DNA of 63,065 nucleotides, the filler included, from Octopus bimaculoides (lineage: Eukaryota): NCBI RefSeq assembly GCF_001194135.2. It is 7 parts of 7 records of this genome, joined end to end, with 100 filler letters (N's around TTAATTAATTAA, not from the genome) between each part and the next. Parts side by side here need not be neighbours in the genome. Positions count along the whole stretch, not along the records: positions 49,983 to 55,049 come from NC_068993.1; positions 55,150 to 61,510 come from NC_068997.1; positions 61,611 to 63,065 come from NC_068989.1; 4 more parts are not named here. The stretch is one strand, 5' to 3'. Positions 50,150-63,065 of this stretch are shown piece after piece. How positions within the stretch are numbered: position 1 is the first letter of the stretch; the number at the start of each line of letters is the position of its first letter. The notes under the pieces are model-generated. The model saw only the letters and a program-made list of their open reading frames with translations, had not been told where the DNA came from and made no database searches. A program made the translations under genes and the position numbers.

Positions 50150-53100
50150 GGGCTTAACTCCTTACACTCTAAGAGGACCAAGTCATAATCAGGTCATGAC
50201 TCCTGGATATGCCTTTGTTGTCACATTCTGTGCTATTGTCTACATTGTAACCTGCCTGGATGGTTGAGGTGCCCCAGATCCAGGGTACTTTGGTGTTGTA
50301 ACCAGTTCATTTGAAAACTCCAATTGACTGTAGGGTAAATTGTTTTCTGAAATCCACTTTCATTCTTCCTTGATCAATTCATGCTGAAACTCTTCTTGGA
50401 TGCTTCTACTGTTGCCTTAATAGCTCGAATTCTTTTTCTCTCAGAAACTGAGAGCTGTTTCAGGAGATCTTAGGCAGATTTGTTCCCAAACCCTCTCATA
50501 CCCACCTCTATAGCAAGAGGTTTGGAAGCCAGATTCTCTCTGTCTCATAGCTAAACTGTCATATATGACACAGTGAGTTCAAACAGAATCACTTGCTTTG
50601 ATGGAAGTAAGATGAGTACTATGTCCAATCTTATACCACTCTTGCTAACTATGTCTTGGTGATTTTTTAATTTTGGAAGATCTACTGTCCACTCCATTCA
50701 ATAGACTCTGCTTCCATGATCAAGTTAGTATAGCAGTTATAGACCACATTCATTTTCCTACTTGCTGTGTACCTCTATCTTTTGATTTTTTCCACTTCAC
50801 CAGGTTTGTAGTCAAGGGAAGAAGGTCATATATGAACATGAGGATGAAGCTGACTCTGAGAGGAGCCATGTGCCATATATCATTCTAGCTGAGATATCTA
50901 TGGAATGTCCTTTCCTATGTCCACTATCTCTGTTAGCTTGTTGGACTGTCTTCTGGATTCTCTTGGTATAATCTTCTTCCCCCTATTTCTGAATTACCAG
51001 GCTACACTTAAAATTTCCTTTTGCATTGGAACTCAACTTCATTGAGCCTAGTCCTTGCCTTTTGGTTCGAGTGTGTCTCTTATTTTTCAGAGCTTGAGGT
51101 TCTTTATTGCTGCATTCACTACCACCTGAAACTGAGAACTGTCAGTTCTCAGTTTGGTTTGGAATGATCTTCTGACTTTATCCTGAGAATCCTCAAGCAT
51201 ATATATGAGCCTTACTTTTCTAACTTTGTACTTCTCCATGATGGACTTCAGAAGTAGATTCATATTTGTTTGGTGACAGTAGAGAAAAAAACATTAGTGA
51301 GGTTCGGTGTGACATCAAGTCATTTCCTGGTGCGTTTATTAAACTTGGCCTCCATCATTTCCACTGTGCTAGTGCTGATATCATATATCTAAAAGGACAA
51401 AAGAACTTTTGGTGTCATCATGAACTGCAGGCACCATACTGTGCCAGAGAAGCCATATGGGTCTATTGCCTGCATGCTCTCCTTTACTTAGGCTCCTTTT
51501 CCCTTTCTGTGTCATTCAGGGAGCTGTGATACCATCTTCCAAAACTCTTGACTGGTTCTTCTGCCCAGAATGGGTTGATTGGCTCCAGTGAATGAAACGT
51601 TAACTGCTACTTTCTCTTTCAGTAGTGATAGGTTCTGTAACTTTCAAGGCTTGAAGCTCATTACCTCATCCTCCACTTCAGTACCCGATACATCTTATCT
51701 TTCTCTGTGGTCAGCACCAAGGTATCATCTATGAATGCTCTCAGAGAGGGCATTTGGTGTCCATTTCCTAGGTCTGCCAGTCATGAACTACTCATTGCAG
51801 CCTTCAAGACAATTTCCATTGTGAGCACAAACAATATTGGAGAATTGGCACAGCCAAAGGATATGCTAACTGCCAATCTGACAATTTGTTGTAAAATACT
51901 TAGTGGAGAATCGCACTGAGAAGTAAAAAAAGTGCCTTTCCAACATTTCTTGGATATTTCTTGGGACATGGTACATCTCAAGAGCCAAATAGGTTGTCCT
52001 GTGTGGGACTGATCCATAAGCATTTGCTACGTTGAGCCACATGACATTGAGGTCCTTCCCAATGGCCTTGCAAAATCATTGTGATATGCTTTATGAATCC
52101 AGACACTCCTGAGATGCCTCCTTTCTGGGCTGACATATCCAAGTAGTTATTACTTGTGAGGTATATTTTTGCTTGCTTCACCATAATTGAGAAGAAGGTT
52201 TTCACTTCCACACTCAGAAGTGATACTGGCCTGGACTAACTGATGTTTCAGACTGGGAATATATATTCCATCAGCTGTCACTCACTGGTTGCTGATCTTC
52301 ATGTTCCTCCATGCTGATCTTAGCAATTTTAGAGCCATGCAAGAAGGTTGGGACATTCTTATACAGTAGATAATTTAATTGGGCTCAGGTAAACATTTTG
52401 CTCTGGCTTACTGTACTACTTTTCTTATTTCACTCAGGGGTGGTGGCTTGTTATTGGACATTTACCAGGCCCTAGATCTTAAGTGATGCCTTGCCAAGAA
52501 GCTTAGAATAAATTTTCTTGAGATGTTGTTCAAGAATGTCTTTATCCACTGTAAGTATCCCTAACTTTGGTTGCTTGAATAGTTTCTTAGCAAACCAGAA
52601 GGGGTCACTGAAGAAGTGATTCGATCTTGGTAATTTTCTTTATACTTCTCCTCCTCACTGATTCTGCTTTGCTAGGTCACTGTGTCTTGCTTTCAAGTCT
52701 TACCAAAGTTTCATCAGCCCTGGCATCTCAAAATCTACAGCAGTTTTCCTCTGTTTTTTTCTTCTCAGATCTCTTTACATCCTCTGGATGCTGCCCTTCT
52801 CTTATTGGTGCCTGGGTTTATGAGGAAGTGTTTTATCTCTTGGCAATTTTACCCCTACTGGTTGCACAAACAGTATCATCAAATGTAGTTAGTTTGTGTT
52901 CCAGAGTGCTCCTACCAATCAACTCATTTAGCTTTTCAACTATTGTATCATCTTGTCTTTCCCACCCTTCTTTTGTATTGGCAAATTGAGATTATGGCAG
53001 TTTGCATCAAGAGCCTGTGAAAATTTCTCATCTAAATCAGCAGCATGGATGCCCTTGGTATTGAGCTGTGACTTCTGGCTTTGGTTTTCTGATGTCTTAT

Positions 53101-53180
53101 CTGCTACTATAGTGTCTCTATTATAGTTTTCATGCAGCATATTTTTGTCCTGAGGATCTTCATGCCATTCCTCAGACACA
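50150..53180 (-). mobile_element. HERO-like non-LTR retrotransposon (RT plus restriction-like endonuclease), about 3 kb, heavily decayed
   Basis: Minus-strand motifs in order: FSDPFWFAKKLF; SLLSVEVKTFFSI...YLTSNNYLDMSAQKGGISGVSG; SFGCANSPILFVLTMEIVLKAA; PSLRAFIDDTLVLT (about 51710-51748); MSFKP; VWCLQFM...IYDIS...VEMMEAKFN; IWHMAPLRVSFIL..IYDLLP; IRLDIVLI...KQVILFELTV (about 50570-50640). Boundaries are approximate. Confidence 0.85.
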
Positions 53181-53722
53181 TGAAACTACCATATGTATAG
53201 CACTGTATCACTGTATCGACCAGACTATCAGATGTTATTATACACTGCTCGTCACAATGCACTTCTTCACATTGTTGTAGCTTTTGAATGATCTCACCTT
53301 ATTTATGTGTATATATACATAGACATGTATAGAAATAGACAGGCTGGCGTGCTGGCAGACAGCTAGACATAGACAAAAAGATAGGTGCGCACACACATGC
53401 ATGTATGCATGTAAACACACACACACACACACATACACACATGCATGCACGCACATACACATACATGCATGCACACACGCATACACACACGCATGCATAT
53501 ACACACACACAGTGAAAATTGTTTATAAGCGATAGTAATAGTATGAATGGAGAGTTTTTGATCACAATAATCAGCTGTCGTCTTGCTTCATATCTGGATA
53601 CAACTAATATAACTGCTTGATAACATTATCCATGATTATAATCATTGTGGCTAGCCGTTAACTGGAACTTAACTGAGAGCTAATGCGCTATCTGCCCACA
53701 TGATATATCCCTTTAAACCCAC

Positions 53723-53761
<39 letters not shown>

Positions 53762-55149
53762 TGAGGAGAAAATCTTGCATTTGAGGCCAGAGCAGGAAAA
53801 AGACAAAACACACTTCATGGAAAAAGAAGTTTGTTCTTTCACTATTTTTCTATACCTGCTTTACTGCAATTTTAAAACTTGTTTTTTAGATCTAAAATAA
53901 TTTGATTTGTTTGTTTATTTTGACAGTGTGTAAACATTTCAAAGTATAGCCTTGAGCTAAAATCTAGATTGCTTTTTTGTAATGTGGCAGGTCACTTTCA
54001 TTAGAAGCTTCAAGTGTTTTATTTTAGTATATGANNNNNNNNNNNNNNNNNNNNNNNNNNNNNNNNNNNNNNNNNNNNNNNNNNNNNNNNNNNNNNNNNN
54101 NNNNNNNNNNNNNNNNNNNNNNNNNNNNNNNNNNNNNNNNNNNNNNNNNNNNNNNNNNNNNNNNNNNNNNNNNNNNNNNNNNNNNNNNNNNNNNNNNNNN
54201 NNNNNNNNNNNNNNNNNNNNNNNNNNNNNNNNNNNNNNNNNNNNNNNNNNNNNNNNNNNNNNNNNNNNNNNNNNNNNNNNNNNNNNNNNNNNNNNNNNNN
54301 NNNNNNNNNNNNNNNNNNNNNNNNNNNNNNNNNNNNNNNNNNNNNNNNNNNNNNNNNNNNNNNNNNNNNNNNNNNNNNNNNNNNNNNNNNNNNNNNNNNN
54401 NNNNNNNNNNNNNNNNNNNNNNNNNNNNNNNNNNNNNNNNNNNNNNNNNNNNNNNNNNNNNNNNNNNNNNNNNNNNNNNNNNNNNNNNNNNNNNNNNNNN
54501 NNNNNNNNNNNNNNNNNNNNNNNNNNNNNNNNNNNNNNNNNNNNNNNGAATAAGCTTTTCAGTCAATTATTTAAAACTGAAATTTCTTTTTGTGACAGAT
54601 AGGGACAGGAATGACCATGTAATTAAGAAGTTTACTTCATGATTACTTGGTTCCAAGTATGGTCCCACTGCATAGTAATTCAGTAAACTATGTAGAAATC
54701 CATCATATTTGGGTTTCTGCACAATTTAGAAGCATGGAAAACAGAATCAGTACAGTGTTGAATTAAATACTTTTGTAGTTGGTCAAGATGAAGTTACTGT
54801 GCCCATAGCCATCACAAACCTAGTGATATTGCAGTTTAATGTTCCTATCAAATAATTACTGGAACAAAATTGCAGACAGACTGGTCACAGTTTTTACTGA
54901 TATGAGGGACAACTCAATATAGATAATGAGAAAAAGAGACAAGTAAGGGAGTGTCTGAGGAGCAGGGATCAGTACAGTAACCATAGAAAAGACAGAAAAT
55001 GGAGGCAGCATGTCAGTGGACTGTATGTAGTAGTGAGATGATGTCATACNNNNNNNNNNNNNNNNNNNNNNNNNNNNNNNNNNNNNNNNNNNNTTAATTA
55101 ATTAANNNNNNNNNNNNNNNNNNNNNNNNNNNNNNNNNNNNNNNNNNNN

Positions 55150-55213
<64 letters not shown>

Positions 55214-56341
55214 GTATGTATATGTATGTTTATATATGCATATATAATTTTTTAAATGTACCTGTGAATAATGTTGGTGTGTGTGTGTTGTCTGTTTTCA
55301 CTACATATGTATAACATTCAACCACACGTCATCATGTCCGTACACACACTCTCAGAAACGCACACACACACACGGACAGACAAACACACACGCACACGCA
55401 CACACTCTCACACACACTCGCATACTCGCACGTACATATACTCAGGCACAGAAACTCCAATTTCGTGAAGGTAAATTCAGTGTATATTTTAAAATACGAA
55501 ATTGAAGAATTGGCTTACCCAGTGCTCATGTCTTATTATGTAACACGTAATGCTTCCAAATGTGGAATCAAAACTAGAATGTAAACATTCATACCCTTAT
55601 ACATGTGCACATGTACACATGTAAACATATACATACACGTATATGTCTTTGTGTGTCCGGGTGTGAATCATTGTATTTCAATCAGACTGCAAAAATTCAT
55701 TCAGAAAATAATAAATTGTTTAGTTTGTTGCAAACGTAATTATCTGAAAATAAAATAACATATATATTACTCTGATTATTGTCCTGTGTGTGTGTGGNNN
55801 NNNNNNNNNNNNNNNNNNNNNNNNNNNNNNNNNNNNNNNNNNNNNNNNNNNNNNNNNNNNNNNNNNNNNNNNNNNNNNNNNNNNNNNNNNNNNNNNNNNN
55901 NNNNNNNNNNNNNNNNNNNNNNNNNNNNNNNNNNNNNNNNNNNNNNNNNNNNNNNNNNNNNNNNNNNNNNNNNNNNNNNNNNNNNNNNNNNNNNNNNNNN
56001 NNNNNNNNNNNNNNNNNNNNNNNNNNNNNNNNNNNNNNNNNNNNNNNNNNNNNNNNNNNNNNNNNNNNNNNNNNNNNNNNNNNNNNNNNNNNNNNNNNNN
56101 NNNNNNNNNNNNNNNNNNNNNNNNNNNNNNNNNNNNNNNNNNNNNNNNNNNNNNNNNNNNNNNNNNNNNNNNNNNNNNNNNNNNNNNNNNNNNNNNNNNN
56201 NNNNNNNNNNNNNNNNNNNNNNNNNNNNNNNNNNNNNNNNNNNNNNNNNNNNNNNNNNNNNNNNNNNNNNNNNNNNNNNNNNNNNNNNNNNNNNNNNNNN
56301 NNNNNNNNNNNNNNNNNNNNNNNNNNNNNNNNNNNNNNNNN

Positions 56342-56387
<46 letters not shown>

Positions 56388-57271
56388 TATATATATATAT
56401 ATTCATATATATATATATATTTACATATATATGTATATATTTATATGCATATTTATATATATGTATATGTACATATGTGTATATATATTTATATAGAGAC
56501 ATATATGTATACATGGGTATATATATATATATATATATATACGTATGTATATATGTATATATATATATACAAGCATATATGTATACATATCTATCTATCT
56601 GTGTTTATACATACATATACACACACCCATACACATATCTATATAATTACACATGTACACTCACATAGATATGTGGTAAAAATGTAAAAAAATAAAACAA
56701 AACATAAATGAAAAAGAACACTGTTTCGTTTCTCGATGAAGGATAAATTCTAACTTGCTGTAACGTTTCGGACACATTCTTTTTTCACCTTGTTGTAGAT
56801 ACGATAAACGCCACGAGAAAGGAACGAACTACTTAAAAGAAGATGTGATGGATGGGGTGGACATTCTGTTACAATAGGTCTGTCCATTTTAAATAGGTGT
56901 ATATACGTCCTTACGTACATCCATACATCTCTCATCCGTCCATCTGTCAATGCAAAGATACATATGCACAAAACATACAAAGTCGCCGCACACAGACACA
57001 CGCACGCACACGCACACTAATATATACATGTTTGTGTTTTGTATTTATAATTGAAAAATGAGGTTCACTTGTGACGATCAGCATGGAATACTTTAAGATG
57101 GTAAGGAACACTGCATTTAACATAAATTCTGAGCCCGTCTAAAATCCTTCAAGTCCAATGACGTGAAGCATGCAAGAATAAAGGGCATCTCTATATGTGT
57201 GTGTATATATATACGTATATATATATATATATTTATACATGCATACATACATACATACACACACACACACG

Positions 57272-57310
<39 letters not shown>

Positions 57311-58318
57311 GCATAAATATATATACATAGCATATATGTTTGTGTATGCATGTATATATATATATATATATANNNNNNNNNNNNNNNNNNNNNNNNNNNN
57401 NNNNNNNNNNNNNNNNNNNNNNNNNNNNNNNNNNNNNNNNNNNNNNNNNNNNNNNNNNNNNNNNNNNNNNNNNNNNNNNNNNNNNNNNNNNNNNNNNNNN
57501 NNNNNNNNNNNNNNNNNNNNNNNNNNNNNNNNNNNNNNNNNNNNNNNNNNNNNNNNNNNNNNNNNNNNNNNNNNNNNNNNNNNNNNNNNNNNNNNNNNNN
57601 NNNNNNNNNNNNNNNNNNNNNNNNNNNNNNNNNNNNNNNNNNNNNNNNNNNNNNNNNNNNNNNNNNNNNNNNNNNNNNNNNNNNNNNNNNNNNNNNNNNN
57701 NNNNNNNNNNNNNNNNNNNNNNNNNNNNNNNNNNNNNNNNNNNNNNNNNNNNNNNNNNNNNNNNNNNNNNNNNNNNNNNNNNNNNNNNNNNNNNNNNNNN
57801 NNNNNNNNNNNNNNNNNNNNNNNNNNNNNNNNNNNNNNNNNNNNNNNNNNNNNNNNNNNNNNNNNNNNNNNNNNNNNNNNNNNNNNNNNNNNNNNNNNNN
57901 NNNNNNNNNNNNNNNNNNNNNNNNNNNNNNNNNNNNNNNNNNNNNNNNNNNNNNNNNNNNNNNNNNNNNNNNNNNNNNNNNNNNNNNNNNNNNNNNNNNN
58001 NNNNNNNNNNNNNNNNNNNNNNNNNNNNNNNNNNNNNNNNNNNNNNNNNNNNNNNNNNNNNNNNNNNNNNNNNNNNNNNNNNNNNNNNNNNNNNNNNNNN
58101 NNNNNNNNNNNNNNNNNNNNNNNNNNNNNNNNNNNNNNNNNNNNNNNNNNNNNNNNNNNNNNNNNNNNNNNNNNNNNNNNNNNNNNNNNNNNNNNNNNNN
58201 NNNNNNNNNNNNNNNNNNNNNNNNNNNNNNNNNNNNNNNNNNNNNNNNNNNNNNNNNNNNNNNNNNNNNNNNNNNNNNNNNNNNNNNNNNNNNNNNNNNN
58301 NNNNNNNNNNNNNNNNNN

Positions 58319-58417
<99 letters not shown>

Positions 58418-59812
58418 TGTGTGTGTGTATACATATATCCACATACACGCACACACATATATATACATATTTATAGATAGATAAAGAGATAGATATCCAT
58501 ATACACATGTTTATATATGTATTTATATACATATCTATATATATATATATACACACATACATAGTTACATACATCCATACACACATTCATACACACATAC
58601 ATACATACACACATCATATATACACACATCATACATACATACATGTGTGTGTCTCACCCTACCACAAACATATAGATCTACGTTCTTAGCATTCGTTGTA
58701 CATATCTATCAACATTACAGCTTCGAATATTCATATCATATTGCCATCATCTTAACATGTATACATGTGGGGGATATAGCTATTCGGGATGTGTTGATAC
58801 AACTATGCATTCCTTTGTGTATGTGTATGCGTGCATAAATATGCGCGTTGTCAAGATATATGCATGTTTACAGGTGAGAAATATTTATGTTTATTTACGC
58901 AACGCGCGCCAGTAAATACGTGTGTTTATGACAGTAAACACATCTTAATGTGAGTGAGAAGGGATCGCTGTGTTGATAAATCGGTTGAACCTCGACTTTC
59001 GAATTACGGGTATAATTGTGCAAAATATCAGGCTCATGTCTGAGTGTTTATACATATATACATATATATCGCTTCCTGAAGAAGAGGTCTTCATCTTAAA
59101 TGATTGGAATACAAGCAGTACATGGTAAAAATACAACCGACTCTTGCATTAATTTTTACAAATGGCGCTGTTTGATTCCATTAGAAATAATTGATGATGC
59201 ATATACATATATGATTGCACCCACCCGCGCGCGCGAATTCATGTATATATATATACAAGGTGGACTGCTAATGTGCTAGAAGAAGATCACATGTCATGTG
59301 TCTACTAAGACCGAATAATTCTAGGTAGATATATATNNNNNNNNNNNNNNNNNNNNNNNNNNNNNNNNNNNNNNNNNNNNNNNNNNNNNNNNNNNNNNNN
59401 NNNNNNNNNNNNNNNNNNNNNNNNNNNNNNNNNNNNNNNNNNNNNNNNNNNNNNNNNNNNNNNNNNNNNNNNNNNNNNNNNNNNNNNNNNNNNNNNNNNN
59501 NNNNNNNNNNNNNNNNNNNNNNNNNNNNNNNNNNNNNNNNNNNNNNNNNNNNNNNNNNNNNNNNNNNNNNNNNNNNNNNNNNNNNNNNNNNNNNNNNNNN
59601 NNNNNNNNNNNNNNNNNNNNNNNNNNNNNNNNNNNNNNNNNNNNNNNNNNNNNNNNNNNNNNNNNNNNNNNNNNNNNNNNNNNNNNNNNNNNNNNNNNNN
59701 NNNNNNNNNNNNNNNNNNNNNNNNNNNNNNNNNNNNNNNNNNNNNNNNNNNNGAAAAAATATCTATATGGGATCGCATTGTTAATAATGATGATGATGAT
59801 GATGACGATGAT

Positions 59813-59868
<56 letters not shown>

Positions 59869-59959
59869 TAATAATCATGATAAAGATGATGAACATGAAG
59901 ACGGACGAAATACTGCTAATCTTTTCGACCGGCGTGCTAACGATTCTGCCAGCTCACCG

Positions 59960-60330
59960 CATTGCAATACCAGTTACTGGCCCTCATGGCTTCTGATCTT
60001 AACTGATTGGAAGTGTTATCATGTACATTGTTTTGTCTTGGTATAAAAGATAGGATACAGTAAATATTCTGCTCAATACCACAGATTAGCTTGTCAGTTA
60101 TTTGGCCTTAACCAGTTGAGCATGTCCCTTGGTGGCTGACGATACGAGCATCTTTGATCATGAGCAGAAGTAGTGGACGATCACCATAGCCATGTATTGA
60201 GAGGAATTATTTGGGGTTTGAATAATTCACCTTTGGAAATATGAGTGTTTCGTTGATCCTCCTTAAACAAAACTTATTCATGGATCGTTTGAGCGGGTTC
60301 CCACCTAACTAGACCCCACTTGCAAGGCCA
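59960..60330. repeat. Unclassified interspersed repeat (copy 2 of 26990-27290)
   Basis: Colinear match over about 170 nt to 27110-27280. Confidence 0.8.
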
Positions 60331-60364
60331 GCGCTGCTCCCTCATTGATGATGATGATGATTTC

Positions 60365-60563
60365 AAATTTTGACACAAGGCCAGCAAGAACAGTATTGGG
60401 GCATTTAAGTCGATTACAAAGACCTCAGTGTTCTATTAGCACTCATTTTATTGCCCCCGGAAGAATGAGTGGAAATGTCGACTTTAGCAGAATTTGAACT
60501 TTGAACGTAAAGACAGACGAAATGCCGTTATTCATCTTGCCCGGCATGCTAACGATTCTGCCA
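60365..60563 (-). mobile_element. Family A SINE, degenerate (further fragments at 59900-59950 and 61075-61250)
   Basis: TTTCAAATTTTGACACAAGGCCAGC...AGAATTTGAACT...GCTAACGATTCTGCCA. Confidence 0.75.
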
Positions 60564-60995
60564 AGGTTTCCAAGTTATGCACCGTGTCAGAAATTTTAAG
60601 AGTCGGGATTTTTGATACCATCTGTAAATGTTACTTTAGCTTATAGAGTCCGGAATGATTAAAGACGAAGTTGTTCTCAGAGAGACTTGAGCTCAAACAT
60701 AGTGTTACGAAACAAATAGCATAAAGCGATTTTTCCAACTCTCTTAAATCGTTCAGATAATCATTACTTCATCTATAAAAGTTTTTTGAATTTGACACAA
60801 GTCCAATATTTTTGGTAGTGCGAATATCCTCAATACCTCGCGTCTGGTATTTGACTGAAATTTAATTCGTCAACACCGGAGGGATTCAAGGTTAGGTAAA
60901 CTCGAATTATGAACACAACATATTAAATACAAGTAGAAATTTCACATGCCATTTTGCCCGAAGTTCTAAGCCGCCTAGCAATCCATAGCCCGTAT

Positions 60996-61045
<50 letters not shown>

Positions 61046-61290
61046 GATGATGATGATATTAATAATAGCAGTTTGAAATTGGGGAAGAGGGCCAGCAGAT
61101 TTTGAGGGGAGGAGGACGTCGATTCATCATCGTCCTCAGTACTTCACTGGTACTTAATTTGATGATACTGGAATGATGTTAGGTCAAGTTGAGCGCGTGG
61201 GATTTGAGCTCAGATCTTAAAAAAGCCGGAAGAAATGCCGCTGTAACGAGACTAGAAGCCAACCATAATGATAATAATGATGATGGTGAC

Positions 61291-61362
<72 letters not shown>

Positions 61363-61610
61363 TAATAATAACTCGAATGTGGAATCTAAAAACACAAACA
61401 ATTCCTATTATAGTAGGTGCCTTAGGTATAATAAAAAAATATTCAGACAATACATAACAAAAACCCCAGGACTTACAAATATATATAACATACAGAAAAT
61501 TGCACTACTGNNNNNNNNNNNNNNNNNNNNNNNNNNNNNNNNNNNNNNNNNNNNTTAATTAATTAANNNNNNNNNNNNNNNNNNNNNNNNNNNNNNNNNN
61601 NNNNNNNNNN

Positions 61611-61868
61611 GCCAACAAACAGGTTCGCATAGTTGGGGCCCATTCTCGTTCCCATGGCAACTCCCGAGAACTACTGGTAGAAATCACCCGCGAACAAGAA
61701 GCAGTTAAGAGAGAGGACAAGTTCGGCCAGACGAATGAGTGTGGAGGTGTCGGGTTGTGGGTTGGGGCGTTGGTCTAGGAAATATTTAAGTGCACGCAGC
61801 CCCTCATCATGAGGGATCACCGTGCAGAGGCTCTGGATGTCGAGCAGAAATTCTTTCAGTTCCATGGT
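61611..61868 (-). pseudogene. Penelope-like reverse transcriptase fragment (family P2)
   Basis: DIQSLCTVIPHDEGLRALKYFLDQRP...LIRLAELVLSLNCFLFAGDFYQ*FSGVAMGTRMGPNYANLFVG. The AMG..MGP.YAN.F motif is typical of PLE RT. Confidence 0.9.
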
Positions 61869-62480
61869 TCAGACTCTTCTGGCTAAGCAGTATGGGATGT
61901 TACATTTTGTATGCGGTGGATGGCACGACTTAAAATTCAGGTATTGGTGTGCATCTGTGTGTTTATAATATGTATCTGTGGTAATGGCGGTGTTCTTTTT
62001 AATTACCATTATATCTAAGGATGGTAATTTGGTACTGCTCATCTCCTTTGTAAATTGGATGGATTGGTGTAGCTTGTTTAGGAGGGTGTTGAATTCTTCC
62101 ACAGTGTTTTGAGATTTTGTCCAGATTATAAAGCTATTGTTGAGGTATTTCTTCCATGCCTTTTCAATATACTTCCTAAATTCAGTGTTGTATCTCTCTT
62201 CTATTTCCTGGTAGAGTTTTTGTTCTAAGTAACCCATCACCGAATTTGCATAAACGGGAGCAAACCTCGTTCCCATAGCCGTGCCATTAATTTTGATATA
62301 GTTCTTTCCATTGAAGAAGAAAGTGTTGTTTTCCAGAATAAGTCTGACTGAGTCTAATATAAATGTTACTGTGAATTGCTTCTCTATGTTTATCCACCCA
62401 GTATTTGATCGCCATTATTCCTAGTTCATGTGGGATATTCATTAAAATATATCTATTTTCAATGAACACGACCTCATCGA
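61869..62480 (-). pseudogene. Penelope-like reverse transcriptase fragment (family P1)
   Basis: NIPHELGIMAIKYW, then ENNTFFFNGKNYIKINGTAMGTRFAPVYAN..MGYLEQKLY...LNKLHQSIQFT...LDIMV...TDTYYKHTDAHQYLNFKSCHPPHTKCNIPYCLARR (RT and thumb). It stops before any GIY-YIG domain. Confidence 0.92.
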
Positions 62481-62513
62481 GTGAGGGTCAGATATACAGT
62501 TCTAGAAATTCAC

Positions 62514-62845
62514 CTACTCAACATTATACACTTCAGAAATGGCAGCCAAAAAATAAACAAATATTTTTTCTTTTGGGGTTGAATTCCGCCATAGAAATTC
62601 ATGTAGATAAGATGAAAATAATTCATCCGATGTCCCAAATTGCCACCAAAGTTTTCTTTTCAATCTCATCCACAAGTTTTCTATATTCTGTGTATGAATT
62701 CCATTGTCGTTTGGATCTACAAAGTGATCCTCATGCACAATAACTTTGTGGGTATATGTACATCCTCCCAAGTTTGCGATATTCGCATAGGATGCCCACC
62801 CGTCACTGATTATGTGGGTTCCTGGCAAAATCCACCGCTGTATCG
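62514..62845 (-). pseudogene. Merlin (IS1595/ISXO2-like) transposase C-terminal fragment
   Basis: WILPGTHIISDGWASY...HKVIVHEDHFVDP...IHTQNIENLWMRLKRK...GTSDELFSSYLHEFLWR carries the SD.W..Y, H...FVD and HTQ.IE..W motifs. Confidence 0.88.
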
Positions 62846-62871
62846 ATTCTGACAGTGTCCGCCTAGGAAAT

Positions 62872-63065
62872 TTTCACAGAGCCATTTGAAGGATTCCCAG
62901 GCTTTAAGCTCAATCTCATCCAGTGCTGTGAGGAAGTGGTTGTCCTTCAAGAGTTCTTTTATCTGCGGACCTATGAATACGCCCTCCTTCAGTTTTGCCT
63001 CGGTGAATTTTGGAAATTTGGCCTTCACATATTCAAAACCTTTTGAGCTTTTCCAGGCAAGTGTC
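62872..63065 (-). pseudogene. DNA-transposase fragment, probably Chapaev-3 (CMC)-like
   Basis: GKAQKVLNMKAKFPKFTEAKLKEGVFIGPQIKELLKD...AWESFKWLCENFLG resembles a widespread EAKxKEGxFxGPQI transposase family. The superfamily is recalled, not searched. Confidence 0.55.

Noticed and set aside
44-59896. Numerous long ORFs made of YIYI, CVCV, SLSL, THTH, poly-N/I/L or X runs
   Set aside because: They are translations of microsatellites and N gaps, with no coding evidence.
60598-60626. GGGATTTTTGATACCATCTGTA resembling the mariner M1 right TIR
   Set aside because: It is short and degenerate, with no partner TIR or transposase sequence nearby.
4315-61566. TTAATTAATTAA recurring six times
   Set aside because: It always sits within near-identical N spacers and is a synthetic gap linker, not a biological motif.

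Overview
AT-rich, microsatellite-saturated, heavily gapped animal genomic DNA. The SINE families and repeat landscape look cephalopod, most likely Octopus; this is inferred, not verified. I find no host protein-coding gene, rRNA, genuine tRNA gene or CRISPR array that I can support, and almost all listed ORFs are microsatellite or N-gap artefacts. The window is a layered transposon landscape. It holds four recurring tRNA-headed SINE families (called A-D here) and decayed retrotransposons: CR1-group, a ~3 kb HERO-like RLE element, an R4/Dong-like RLE 3' end and two Penelope-like RT fragments. It also holds DNA transposons: two mariner families, a hAT MITE, Merlin and probable Chapaev-3 fragments. 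The best lead is at 32171-32805: a tRNA-headed (Pol III A/B box) short element with an internal (AAT/AAC)n tract and a tail carrying a minimal type I hammerhead-ribozyme motif. It is inserted as a head-to-head inverted dimer flanked by one exact 13-bp target-site duplication. This suggests a SINE/retrozyme hybrid mobilised by Penelope-like machinery. Two further unrelated hammerhead-like motifs of similar design lie at 25560-25640 and 31878-31911. All analysis was by eye; family names need database confirmation.
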